NCBI GenBank assembly: GCA_965206845.1
Contig: OZ242221.1
Coordinates: 1,376,001 to 1,440,000, forward strand
Reading direction: 5' to 3'
Origin: Cenarchaeum sp.
Lineage (GTDB): Archaea; Thermoproteota; Nitrososphaeria; Nitrososphaerales; Nitrosopumilaceae
DNA length: 64,000 nt
Shown here: piece by piece, positions 10,506 to 19,705 of the stretch
Layout of the letters: each line of letters begins with the position of its first letter
How positions within the stretch are numbered: the stretch's first letter is position 1
Program-made: the position numbers and the translations under genes
Notes under the pieces: generated by a model
The model's database searches: none
What the model saw: the letters and a program-made list of their open reading frames with translations, nothing else
Told to the model about the DNA's origin: nothing

Positions 10506-11045
10506 CTAGACCCTTCTGCCCCGCTTGCCACCCTTCTTTCTGGTGGTATCGTGCGGAATGGGCGTCACATCGTCGATCCTGCCTATTGTGAAGCCGCCTC
10601 TTGCCAGGGCCCTGATTGCAGCCTGCGCGCCCGGACCCGGAACGCGGGAGCCGACTCCGCCGACTGCCCTGACCCTTATGTGAAACGCCGTAAATCCCTT
10701 TGATCTTGCCGACTCGACCACCGCGTTGGCGGCCTTCATGGCGGCAAACGGTGACGACTCGTACCGGTCTGCATTTACATGCATTCCGCCGGAGCTTATC
10801 GAGACCGTCTCTGCGCCCGTCAGGTCGGTCATGTGGATGATGGTGTTGTTGTAACTGCTGAATATGTGGGCTACTCCCCACTTTTCCCGCGCGATCTTCT
10901 TTGCCGCAGGCTCCTTTGCCTGCTCGACTGCCTCCGGGGAGGCCACTTCGGATTTTGTCTCTGCTTGCGTGCCCTCTACCGCTTCTGCCTGTGTGCTCTC
11001 TGCGGCCTCTGCTGGCTTTTGCTCCTCTGTTACGGTCTCTGACAC
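10506..11045 (-). CDS. rps11: 30S ribosomal protein S11 with acidic N-terminal extension
   Basis: [26 protein letters not shown] and DVTPIPHD; GTG start inferred. Confidence 0.93.
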   Translation of the reverse strand: MSETVTEEQKPAEAAESTQAEAVEGTQAETKSEVASPEAVEQAKEPAAKKIAREKWGVAHIFSSYNNTIIHMTDLTGAETVSISSGGMHVNADRYESSPFAAMKAANAVVESARSKGFTAFHIRVRAVGGVGSRVPGPGAQAAIRALARGGFTIGRIDDVTPIPHDTTRKKGGKRGRRV

Positions 11046-11100
11046 AGAGTACAAACCCTCTGAAGGGTTTAAAAAACATTGGTTTGCAGGCGGCACCTCT

Positions 11101-11174
11101 GGGCACGAAAACACACATTCTGAAGTTTTCATGCTTGGGTTGGTGCGGCAGGCGACTCCGTACCCTGCAGCACT
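11101..11174. repeat. Degenerate dispersed intergenic repeat, copy 2
   Basis: Aligns with 7919-7997, differing mostly by transitions. Confidence 0.55.
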
Positions 11175-11291
11175 CAAGGCAGGCCCCGGCTCGACTCGGG
11201 CATGGGTCTGTACCCGTGCATGCTTTTGCGCCATGTTCAACACGGCAGGCGACCTCGCATCTCTGTAACGACCGAACAGCCCAAATAACTG

Positions 11292-12194
11292 ATGCGTGTA
11301 TCCGGTACTGTGAAGACGGTGGATCCGCTGGATGTGTTTCTGTGGACCTTCCGGCGGAGTGAGCGGGATGTCATAAAGCTCTACGACTCGCTCTCAGACG
11401 TGATGGCGCTGGCAACCGGTGGGGACATGATAAACTTCGGGCTCTGGGACGAGGGCACGCCGGATCCAATATCTGCCCAGAGGAGGCTCTGTCTGGCCTT
11501 TGCAGAGATGGCGGGGCTGCGGGACGGCGAGCGCGTCCTTGATGTGGGATGCGGCTATGCGGCTCCGGCAGCCCAGTGGCACGACACCTGCAAGTCCGAG
11601 TTCTTCTGCGTCAACATCAACCTAGGCCAGCTCCGTGACTCGCAGAGGAACCCCGATGTCGCCTCAAAGTCCCGTATGCGCAAGGACGGCGGCATCCGTC
11701 TCGTCAACGCGACTGCCACCCGGATGCCGTTTGCGGACTGCTGGGCGGACAGGGTTCTGGCGTTCGAGTCGCCGCAGCACTTCCGGCCGCTGAGATCCTT
11801 CATTGCGGAGTCCAGAAGAATCCTCAAGCCCGGCGGACTGCTGGTGCTGGCCCTTCCGGTGGTATCTGCGAACACCGCCGCTCCCGTAATCAGGCTGGGG
11901 CTGCTGGCGATGACCTGGTCGTCTGAACACTACACCGCCGACTTTGTTCTGTCGCTGCTGGCAGAGGAGGGCTTTGACATACTGGAGAGGCAGGAGATCG
12001 GCTCCCATGTGTACGGACCGCTTGCGGACTATTACTCACAGAACAGGGATGCGATACGGCAGAAGCTCCTTCTACGATATCCGGGCTACGTGGAGGCGAT
12101 CCTCAACAAGTCGATGCAGAAGATGAAGCAGGTGTCGCGCGACGGCATAATCGGGTACCTCATGGTGTCCTGCCAAAAACCCGACACGCCTTAG
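11292..12194 (+). CDS. Class I SAM-dependent methyltransferase
   Basis: VLDVGCGY motif I and RILKPGG. Confidence 0.85.
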   Translation: MRVSGTVKTVDPLDVFLWTFRRSERDVIKLYDSLSDVMALATGGDMINFGLWDEGTPDPISAQRRLCLAFAEMAGLRDGERVLDVGCGYAAPAAQWHDTCKSEFFCVNINLGQLRDSQRNPDVASKSRMRKDGGIRLVNATATRMPFADCWADRVLAFESPQHFRPLRSFIAESRRILKPGGLLVLALPVVSANTAAPVIRLGLLAMTWSSEHYTADFVLSLLAEEGFDILERQEIGSHVYGPLADYYSQNRDAIRQKLLLRYPGYVEAILNKSMQKMKQVSRDGIIGYLMVSCQKPDTP

Positions 12195-13123
12195 AAGCGG
12201 CGCCACCCGCGATCCGTGACCGCGACCCTCCTGCCGCCAAGATCCCGGTAGACGCCGGATCCCGAAAGGACCGTCCCTATGATATCCAGGTGCACGCCGG
12301 TTGATTGTGCCAGCTCCGCAAGGCGCTGTCCCGCCTCGGGCGGGGCGGTAAACACGATCTCGTACTCTCCGCCGCCGTACAGAACCATCTCTGCCGTGTC
12401 AAGGCCGTGCTGTTGCGCAAACCCCGCCGCCCCCTCTGCTGCCGGCAGGCTATCCACCAGAAACATCCTGTTGCTCTGCCTTGCCATCTCGTTGAGGCAT
12501 GTCGCGAGCCCGTCGCTGGAATCCATGGACGATGTTGCCAGCTCCGTGTACCTGGTGCCAAACTCCAGTGGTGGCCGCGGCCTGAGAACCGCTGACTTGG
12601 CCCGGGCGGCAAACTCCCCGCCGTCCGGCAGCCCCTCCATGAGAATCTTCAGCCCGGCGGCAGTGTACCCAAAGGGACCCGTGGCGTAGATGCGGTCCCC
12701 CGTGCGCGCCCCCCGCCTGCGCACCGCGCCCCCGGAGGAGCCAAACAGGGTCACCTGCGCCACCATCTCTCTTCCCCTGCCGGTATCTCCACCGAGAATC
12801 CTGATCCCAAATTCCCCTGCCGCATCTGCCATGCCCTCAGAGAGGAGCCTCACATCCTGCGGCGTAAATGCGTCGGGAATGGTGACTGCGATCACGCCGT
12901 ATTCGGGCCTGATCCCCTTGGCGGCAAAGTCGCTCACGCAGGAGGCCACGCTCCTGTACCCGGCATTGCGCAGACCTGACCCCGGTGGAACATCTGAGCT
13001 CTCAGATATGGCATCGGTGTTTACCGCCATGGTCCCCTTTGCGGCCTCAAACGTCTCCACGTCCTCAAACGTGTCTATGCCCAGGCTCTTCTGAAATATC
13101 CCGATGATCTCACGCTCATCCAT
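12191..13123 (-). CDS. thiL: Thiamine-phosphate kinase
   Basis: SDFAAKG, GGDT, MDSSDGL and GGGEYEIVF. Confidence 0.9.
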   Translation of the reverse strand: MDEREIIGIFQKSLGIDTFEDVETFEAAKGTMAVNTDAISESSDVPPGSGLRNAGYRSVASCVSDFAAKGIRPEYGVIAVTIPDAFTPQDVRLLSEGMADAAGEFGIRILGGDTGRGREMVAQVTLFGSSGGAVRRRGARTGDRIYATGPFGYTAAGLKILMEGLPDGGEFAARAKSAVLRPRPPLEFGTRYTELATSSMDSSDGLATCLNEMARQSNRMFLVDSLPAAEGAAGFAQQHGLDTAEMVLYGGGEYEIVFTAPPEAGQRLAELAQSTGVHLDIIGTVLSGSGVYRDLGGRRVAVTDRGWRRF

Positions 13124-14402
13124 GGCACTCTGCCACCATCCTCTTTACGCTGTCTGCCATGAGGCGGGCCCGGCCGGGCCTGTTGGACTCGGCTGACACC
13201 CTGATGACATCCTCCGTGTTTGATGCCCGCACCAGCACCCAGCTGTCCTCGTCTGCGATCCCCTTGATGCCGTCGATATCTACAGTCTCGCTGTACTCGT
13301 GCGCCATCCTGCCTGCTATGCGCCCAAGCGTTGCGTCGTGCCTGTCTGAGTCCAGCGCCACTGCATCCCTGACTTGGTGGTACGACTCCATAAACGAGAC
13401 GACCTCGTCCATGTCCGACAGATCCAGCATCGACGCAACAAGGCCGCCTGTCAGTATTCCGTCCCTGCAGTAGTTGAACTCGGGGAGTATGAACCCGGCA
13501 CTGCTTCCCTCACCGCCTGCCTGCGCGCCCGTCTCCTGTATCATCTCCACCACGTTGGCCTCGCCCACCTTTGATCTTTTCGCGCTCCCGCCGCCCTGTC
13601 TGATGATCCTCTCGACTGCCACGCTGGTGTCGATGCTCAGCACGTACCTCTTGTACCCCATGTCCAGGGCCTTTGCGATCCCAAGGCCCAGCGTGGCGTC
13701 CGGAGACAGCCTTCTGCCCCCCCTCACTATCACCAGCCGGTCCCCGTCCAGGTCAAAGGCAAAGCCGACGTCTGCCGTGCTGCCTGCCGCCGTCAGGTCG
13801 GCCAGCCCGTCGGAGGTGGGATCCGGGCCACGGGTCGACTCTGCCAACGTACCATTGATCGTGCGCACCCTGCAGCCGAGCCTCTCCAGAAGAGCGGGCG
13901 CAACGCCTGCCGCGGCTCCCCCTCCGGCATCCACCAGTATGTCCGGCGAGCCGTCGATGGGGCCCACCAGCTCTGTCGCGTCATCTATGTATGACGACTC
14001 TGCCGTGCCGTAGGAGCCGATCGCGTCCTTTGGCGTCTCCTGCGGCCGGAGCACGGTCTCCAGCTCTCGCGAGTTGATCCCCCGGCCGCCCAGCGCGAAC
14101 TTGAGGCCGTTCCACTCCACGGGGTTGTGTGACGAGGTTACGTTGAGTGCCGCGCCGTACCTGCGCGACTCCCTGAACACAACCGGGGTGGGAGCCACTC
14201 CGAGATCATGCACGTCCATGCCGTTTTGCATGAGAGCGGCAGCTGCCGCCCCGCAGATCATGGCTCCCGACGGCCTGGTGTCTCTGGCAAGTATGCAGTC
14301 TTCGGCAGCCAGAACCGAGAAGCTGTTGCAAAAACCCATGACGTCCACCAGGCTCAGGTCGCGTCCGGCTACCCCCCTGATTCCGGAGATGGTCTTTTTC
14401 AT
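13116..14402 (-). CDS. Phosphomannomutase/phosphoglucosamine mutase
   Basis: TSSHNP, DLDGDR and VRASNTE motifs. Confidence 0.9.
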   Translation of the reverse strand: MKKTISGIRGVAGRDLSLVDVMGFCNSFSVLAAEDCILARDTRPSGAMICGAAAAALMQNGMDVHDLGVAPTPVVFRESRRYGAALNVTSSHNPVEWNGLKFALGGRGINSRELETVLRPQETPKDAIGSYGTAESSYIDDATELVGPIDGSPDILVDAGGGAAAGVAPALLERLGCRVRTINGTLAESTRGPDPTSDGLADLTAAGSTADVGFAFDLDGDRLVIVRGGRRLSPDATLGLGIAKALDMGYKRYVLSIDTSVAVERIIRQGGGSAKRSKVGEANVVEMIQETGAQAGGEGSSAGFILPEFNYCRDGILTGGLVASMLDLSDMDEVVSFMESYHQVRDAVALDSDRHDATLGRIAGRMAHEYSETVDIDGIKGIADEDSWVLVRASNTEDVIRVSAESNRPGRARLMADSVKRMVAECHG

Positions 14403-14452
14403 AACCCAGAACCGGAAAGGGTTTTATTAACTCTGACTAAAGTCGTGTCGGT

Positions 14453-14526
14453 GCCCCGATAGCTCAGCCCGGTAGAGCGAACGCCTCGTAAGCGTTAGGT
14501 CGCGGGTTCAGATCCCGTTCGGGGCT
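14453..14526 (+). tRNA. tRNA-Thr(CGT)
   Basis: GCCCCGA...TCGGGGC acceptor stem; anticodon arm AACGC-CTCGTAA-GCGTT. Confidence 0.92.
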
Positions 14527-14550
14527 CTTCCTCTTCTGCGTGGAGTCATG

Positions 14551-14631
14551 TCACGTCTCGTAGTGTGATTCAATGTCGTTCTGAAGTTTTTCGCCAAGGC
14601 TTTTCCACCAACTCGTGCGATCTTCTGTCAT
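14551..14631 (-). CDS. Possible 26-aa micropeptide MTEDRTSWWKSLGEKLQNDIESHYET
   Basis: Manual translation; TATATA box about 25 nt upstream, in leaderless geometry. Confidence 0.4.
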   Translation of the reverse strand: MTEDRTSWWKSLGEKLQNDIESHYET

Positions 14632-14884
14632 CTATGGTACGTGATCCTATTCATATATAGATCTGTCGGTAGCCCGGCACGGAACCGTCCGGCGCCCCTC
14701 CCCGGCTCGGGTTCGTGCGCCGGGCTGGGATTTTGTGCCCAGCCATGTACGCACCCGTGTCTGCCTGGGTGAGCATGTGCCCCGCAGGCCAGTCCGGGGT
14801 GCCTGCGGGCCGATCCACCGGAACCGGCTGATCCGGCAGGGGGAATGATATAATTCGCACCGGCTCCGTAATGAAGAGCAGGCA

Positions 14885-15718
14885 ATGAATCTGAGAATAA
14901 ACGATGCAGAGGTTACCGTCTTCACCGGCGACTGCCTTGACTTTATGGGGACGATACCTGACGAGAGTGTCAAGCTGATCGTGACGTCCCCTCCATACAA
15001 CATCGGCAAGGAGTACGAAAAAAGGGACAGCCTGTCTGCATACCTGGAGAGCCAGCGGCAGGTGATAGGTGCGTGCGTCGGCAAGCTCGACCCGGGCGGC
15101 TCCATCTGCTGGCAGGTCGGCAACTTTGTCGAGAACGGCGCGATCATCCCGCTGGATGTGGAACTGTACCCCATCTTCAAGGATCTGGGGCTGAAGATGC
15201 GGAACCGCATAATCTGGCATTTTGGCCACGGCCTGCAGTGCTCCCGGAGGCTCTCTGGCAGGTACGAGACCATACTGTGGTTCACAAAGTCAGACGAGTA
15301 CACGTTCAACCTGGATCCCATCAGGGTGCCACAAAAGTACCCCAACAAGCGCTACTTCTCGGGAAAGAGAAAAGGCGAGCTGTCCTGCAACCCGCTTGGC
15401 AAGAACCCGTCTGACGTGTGGGAGATTCCAAACGTCAAGCACAACCACATCGAGAAGACGGCTCACCCGGCACAGTTTCCGGTGGAGCTTGTGGAGAGGC
15501 TGGTTCTGTCGCTCACCGATGAGGGTGACACAGTCTTTGATCCCTACATCGGATCTGGCAGCACCGCGGTGGCGTCCCTCATGCACAAAAGGAACTGTCT
15601 TGGCTCTGAGCGGGAGCCCAAGTACGTCCGAATCATGCTTGAAAGGCTGGATCGTCTAGGCGAGAAGAGACTCAAGACCCGTCCCATGGACAGGCCTGTG
15701 TACCGACCTGGGACGTAG
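14885..15718 (+). CDS. Site-specific DNA methyltransferase (N4-C/N6-A, beta class)
   Basis: TSPPYN motif IV precedes DPYIGSGST motif I; HPAQFP. Confidence 0.9.
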   Translation: MNLRINDAEVTVFTGDCLDFMGTIPDESVKLIVTSPPYNIGKEYEKRDSLSAYLESQRQVIGACVGKLDPGGSICWQVGNFVENGAIIPLDVELYPIFKDLGLKMRNRIIWHFGHGLQCSRRLSGRYETILWFTKSDEYTFNLDPIRVPQKYPNKRYFSGKRKGELSCNPLGKNPSDVWEIPNVKHNHIEKTAHPAQFPVELVERLVLSLTDEGDTVFDPYIGSGSTAVASLMHKRNCLGSEREPKYVRIMLERLDRLGEKRLKTRPMDRPVYRPGT

Positions 15719-15742
15719 CCCGAGCTGTCCTGCCGCGGCAGG

Positions 15743-15910
15743 CTATTTTGCCCTCTTCTTCTTTTTCAAGAGTATTACTATAAAGGCCCCTCCGGCGCAC
15801 GACCAGAATATGGGCCATCCCAGGGGATCCTGCTGCGGTATGGGGCCGACAAAGGCGTAGATTGTCCCCCCCACGAGTCCGAATCCGATAAGATCCAGAA
15901 TCCTACTCAT
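15743..15910 (-). CDS. Small two-TM membrane protein (55 aa)
   Basis: Manual translation MSRILDLIGFGLVGGTIYAFVG...IVILLKKKKRAK; below the ORF-track cutoff. Confidence 0.6.
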   Translation of the reverse strand: MSRILDLIGFGLVGGTIYAFVGPIPQQDPLGWPIFWSCAGGAFIVILLKKKKRAK

Positions 15911-16087
15911 TCCGTACCGCGGCCACTCTGATACTGTAAAGTTTTCGGAGCAGCGCGAGATCGGATCCCGTCACGTTTGGGCATGGGTTTGTATTCCGGA
16001 ACGGATCCCCACATCCGGCCCGGTGCGGCAGGCAGCCTCACCATGCCGGGTTCAAAAAGATATATTGTTTCACGGGGTATCATACCC

Positions 16088-16282
16088 ATGGACAAGTATC
16101 TGCTGGTCGTGCTGATGTTTCTCATCGGTGGAATGGGAATAGCGATAACCAGGAGTCCGCCCCAGTACCTCCTCTTTTACGGCATGCTGGGCGGGGCGAT
16201 CGTAGTCATAATCTACAGCTCGCTCAAAACCAGAAGGGCGCAAGATGAGCTGAGAAGGCAGAAGAGGAAATCAAAAAAATAG
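16088..16282 (+). CDS. Small two-TM membrane protein
   Basis: MDKYLLVVLMFLIGG... with a basic tail; TATA-like box upstream. Confidence 0.7.
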   Translation: MDKYLLVVLMFLIGGMGIAITRSPPQYLLFYGMLGGAIVVIIYSSLKTRRAQDELRRQKRKSKK

Positions 16283-16284
16283 TC

Positions 16285-16560
16285 CTATAGTTCCAGACCG
16301 AAAGATCCGGCCATCTCTGAGAACTTTCTATACGATTCCAGGTACTGTCGCCCCTTGGACGTAATTACGAACGTGTTTTTGCCGTCGTACTCGATCTTTG
16401 TAATCAGGCCCGCGCCTGTAAGGTTCTCGATGAACTTGGTTAGTCTTGAATGTGATAGGTTTGCCTTTGTGAGTAGCGAGGTCGTCTTGATGCCCTCGTG
16501 GCCCGAATCGCTGGTTACTGCCAGCAGATCCGCTACAATTTTTACACTTGTGCGATACAT
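16285..16560 (-). CDS. Winged helix-turn-helix regulator
   Basis: YRTSVKIVADLL...KANLSH...FVITSKGRQYL. Confidence 0.8.
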   Translation of the reverse strand: MYRTSVKIVADLLAVTSDSGHEGIKTTSLLTKANLSHSRLTKFIENLTGAGLITKIEYDGKNTFVITSKGRQYLESYRKFSEMAGSFGLEL

Positions 16561-16692
16561 GGTATCCTTGAGAGTACAATTGCATATAAGCGTATATGAC
16601 AGTTCTAGGCACGGTTTTGCGCATCCCGTGGCCGTGCCCTGAAACATAGACATGGTGTTGCAGCTATCCTTAAATAAATTGGACAATTCCAA

Positions 16693-19530
16693 GTGGTGTT
16701 GCGGCGTGGATTGGCAGGAGCGTCTGTTCTTGCGGTGATTGTGGCAGGAACCATAGGCATCGGCGCATATGCGCAGGATGGCGCCCCCGACTCCGGACTG
16801 TCCGGGGAGATCAACCTGGGCTCGATCGCGCCGCTTACGGGCGATCTGGCGCAGTACGGGGAGGAGGACCTGACGGCTACGAGACTTGCCATATCTGATT
16901 TTAACGAGTACCTTGCCGGCAAGGGCGCCGGCTGGTCAATCAACCTGATAGTCGAGGACTCGCAGACTCTCCCGACGGTTGCGCTGGACAAGCTTCAGGT
17001 ACTGCATGCCAAGAACATAAAGATCGTGCTAGGGCCCGAGACCAGCTCCAACCTTCAGAACATGAAGGGATATGCAGATGCCAACGGGATGCTGCTGTTC
17101 AGCTGCTGCTCCACATCCCCGCTTCTTGCCATCTCCGGCGACACCATATTTCGGATGGCGCCCGACGACTCCAACCAGGGCGCCGCAGTAGGCAAGATAT
17201 TCAGCGATGCCGGAATAGAGGTGATGGTACCGGTGTGGCGCGCCGACTCGTGGGGCGTGGGACTCGAGGAGGCCGCACGGGAGTCGTTCGTATCCCGAGG
17301 CGGTGTGGTCAACGAAGGGATAAGCTACAACCCCGAGGTCAGCGAGTTTTCGTCCGAGGCATCGCTTCTGGCGGATGTGGTCAGGGGATACGTGGACGAG
17401 TACGGCGCAGACAGGGTGGGCGTACTGTACATAGGGTTCGGCGAGGTGCTGCTGTTCATGCAGTCCGCATCAGACCACGACGTGCTCGACGATGTGATGT
17501 GGTTTGGCAGCGATGCCAACACAAAGGATTCGAGCCTTGTGGAGGATCCCATCGGACTGCAGTTTGTAACCGATACGAGATATACGACCGTGCAGGTGGC
17601 ATCGGGCAAGAACGATCTTAGCAGGCATGTGGACGAGTCGCTGAAGGCGGATATTGGAAGAGTGCCAAGCACGTACGCAAGCTCCGCATACGACGCGGCA
17701 TGGGTTGTGGGACTTGCAATAGAGCGGGCGCAGAGCACAGACGTCGAGACGGTGAGCCGGGCGATTCCTGTTGTTGCCGCGGAGCACACAGGTGCCTTGG
17801 GTTCTGCACGCCTTAACGACTACGGCGACCTGGCCCAGACAAACTACGACATCTGGGATATCAGGGACGGTTCATGGACACTGGCCGGAACGTACTTTTC
17901 AGCATCAGACGCCATCGAGCTTGAAGACGGCCCTAAAATGACGGCCAAACCCACTCTTGACGGCACCGTTCAGATTGGCGCCCTGCTCCCGATCACCGGA
18001 GACGGCTCAAGCGACGGTGCGGACATCCAGATTACGGTGGATCTCGCAGAGGCCCACTTTAACGATTATCTTGAGGAGAACGGAGTAGGCTGGAGGCTTG
18101 GCGTCCTGATCGAGGACACCGCAACCAGCCCCGCAATTGCCCTTGACAAGATATCTGGCCTCAAGGCAAGGGGCATCAATGCGATAGTGGGGACGTATTC
18201 CAGCGCGGAGCTGCAAAACGTCATGGGGTATGCAGAATCCAACGACCTGCTCCTGATCAGCTATGCGTCTGGAGCCCAGTCCCTTTCAATCGCCGGGGAC
18301 AACATATTCCGTTTTGTTCCAGCTGGAGCACAGGAAGCGCCGGCAGTGGCTAAATACCTAAAGGAGATTGGGATTACAAACCTGGTTCCTATATGGAGGG
18401 GCGATACCTGGGGTGACGGATTGATCGAGGCCCTGGAGTCGGAGATTGCTGCTACGGGCGGTGTCATGGATGAGGGAGTGCGGTATCATCCGGGATCCAC
18501 GGAATTTTCCACAGAGGTATCCATGCTCGCAGATCGGGTCGGGGCCAACATAGATGAAGCCGGAGCAGATAGAGTTGCAGTAGCAGCGTTGGCATTTGGC
18601 GAGATCGCAGACATCATGCAGTCCGCATCACGTCATGAGTCACTCTCCGGAGTGCTGTGGTATGGCACCGATGCGATCGTAAACAACGAGAAGTTTTCAA
18701 GCGATCCCGCCGTCCAGAAACTCGTCAGCGAGGCAGGCCTGGTCATACCAGTTTTTGTCCTGGCGCCGAATCCGGTATATGAGAAGGTAGTCTCACAGGC
18801 ATCGGAGATCAGCGGCAGGACCCCAAGCATATACGCAATACCTGCATACGATGCAGTCTGGGTGCTTGGGCTGTCGATGCTGGAGGCGGACTCTGCAGAG
18901 ACCGATGCGATCGTATCTGCGATGCCAGACGTGCTGGAGAGCTATTCCGGGGCGCTCGGCTCGATCGTCCTAAATGCCGCCGGCGACCTGGATACTGCCG
19001 CGTTTGAGATATACTCCGTGAATGGCACGCAGTGGACTTTGATCGGATCCTACGACTCGGCATCGGACTCTCTCGTACTTGAGGATGCCGTGATGGAGGA
19101 TAAGATGGCAGAAGACAAAACGGCAGAGGATGTCATAGATGAGCCTGGCGGATGCCTGATTGCGACTGCCGCATACGGCAGCGAGCTTGCCCCACAGGTC
19201 CAGTTTCTGCGCGAGATAAGGGACGGCACGCTGCTCTCCACCGACTCGGGGACATCGTTCATGGCAGGATTCAACCAGTTCTACTACTCGTTCTCCCCCG
19301 CAGTTGCGGACCTTGAGCGCGAGAGTGTCGTGTTCCGGGACGCCGTGAGGGTGGCGATAGCGCCTGCGCTGTACACGCTGAACATAATGGCGCTCGCAGA
19401 CCAGGGCTCCGACGTCTCGGTCATCGCGTTTGGCCTTCTTGCAGTTGCCGCCATGGCGGGCATCTATGTGGCAGGACCGGTCCTGGCAGTACGTGCCGTT
19501 AGCAGGAAGATAAGGAACAGGCACAGCTAG
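16693..19530 (+). CDS. Surface solute-binding protein with two LivK/LivJ-like domains and a CFI-box-CTERM-like anchor
   Basis: Signal peptide; two type I periplasmic-binding repeats (PLTGD...YDAAW); C-terminal GGCLIATAAYGSELAPQVQ plus TM. Confidence 0.85.
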   Translation: MVLRRGLAGASVLAVIVAGTIGIGAYAQDGAPDSGLSGEINLGSIAPLTGDLAQYGEEDLTATRLAISDFNEYLAGKGAGWSINLIVEDSQTLPTVALDKLQVLHAKNIKIVLGPETSSNLQNMKGYADANGMLLFSCCSTSPLLAISGDTIFRMAPDDSNQGAAVGKIFSDAGIEVMVPVWRADSWGVGLEEAARESFVSRGGVVNEGISYNPEVSEFSSEASLLADVVRGYVDEYGADRVGVLYIGFGEVLLFMQSASDHDVLDDVMWFGSDANTKDSSLVEDPIGLQFVTDTRYTTVQVASGKNDLSRHVDESLKADIGRVPSTYASSAYDAAWVVGLAIERAQSTDVETVSRAIPVVAAEHTGALGSARLNDYGDLAQTNYDIWDIRDGSWTLAGTYFSASDAIELEDGPKMTAKPTLDGTVQIGALLPITGDGSSDGADIQITVDLAEAHFNDYLEENGVGWRLGVLIEDTATSPAIALDKISGLKARGINAIVGTYSSAELQNVMGYAESNDLLLISYASGAQSLSIAGDNIFRFVPAGAQEAPAVAKYLKEIGITNLVPIWRGDTWGDGLIEALESEIAATGGVMDEGVRYHPGSTEFSTEVSMLADRVGANIDEAGADRVAVAALAFGEIADIMQSASRHESLSGVLWYGTDAIVNNEKFSSDPAVQKLVSEAGLVIPVFVLAPNPVYEKVVSQASEISGRTPSIYAIPAYDAVWVLGLSMLEADSAETDAIVSAMPDVLESYSGALGSIVLNAAGDLDTAAFEIYSVNGTQWTLIGSYDSASDSLVLEDAVMEDKMAEDKTAEDVIDEPGGCLIATAAYGSELAPQVQFLREIRDGTLLSTDSGTSFMAGFNQFYYSFSPAVADLERESVVFRDAVRVAIAPALYTLNIMALADQGSDVSVIAFGLLAVAAMAGIYVAGPVLAVRAVSRKIRNRHS

Positions 19531-19532
19531 GC
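19147..19532 (+). repeat. Near-identical 3' block shared by the tandem paralogs, copy 1
   Basis: Matches 22169-22554 almost base for base. Confidence 0.85.
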
Positions 19533-19705
19533 CCCTGCGGTACTATATGCGCCGGGAACATGATCGCGCATGGGCGCCCTTGCAGCGTGATGCGGCTGCC
19601 AGCAGGATACTCGCAGTAGAATCTGGATGGGGGTCTGCGCATGCCTCTGTAGGGTGCAGCTGTCCAGTTAATCATTTTATAAACTAGACAGTTTTAACAG
19701 AATCG

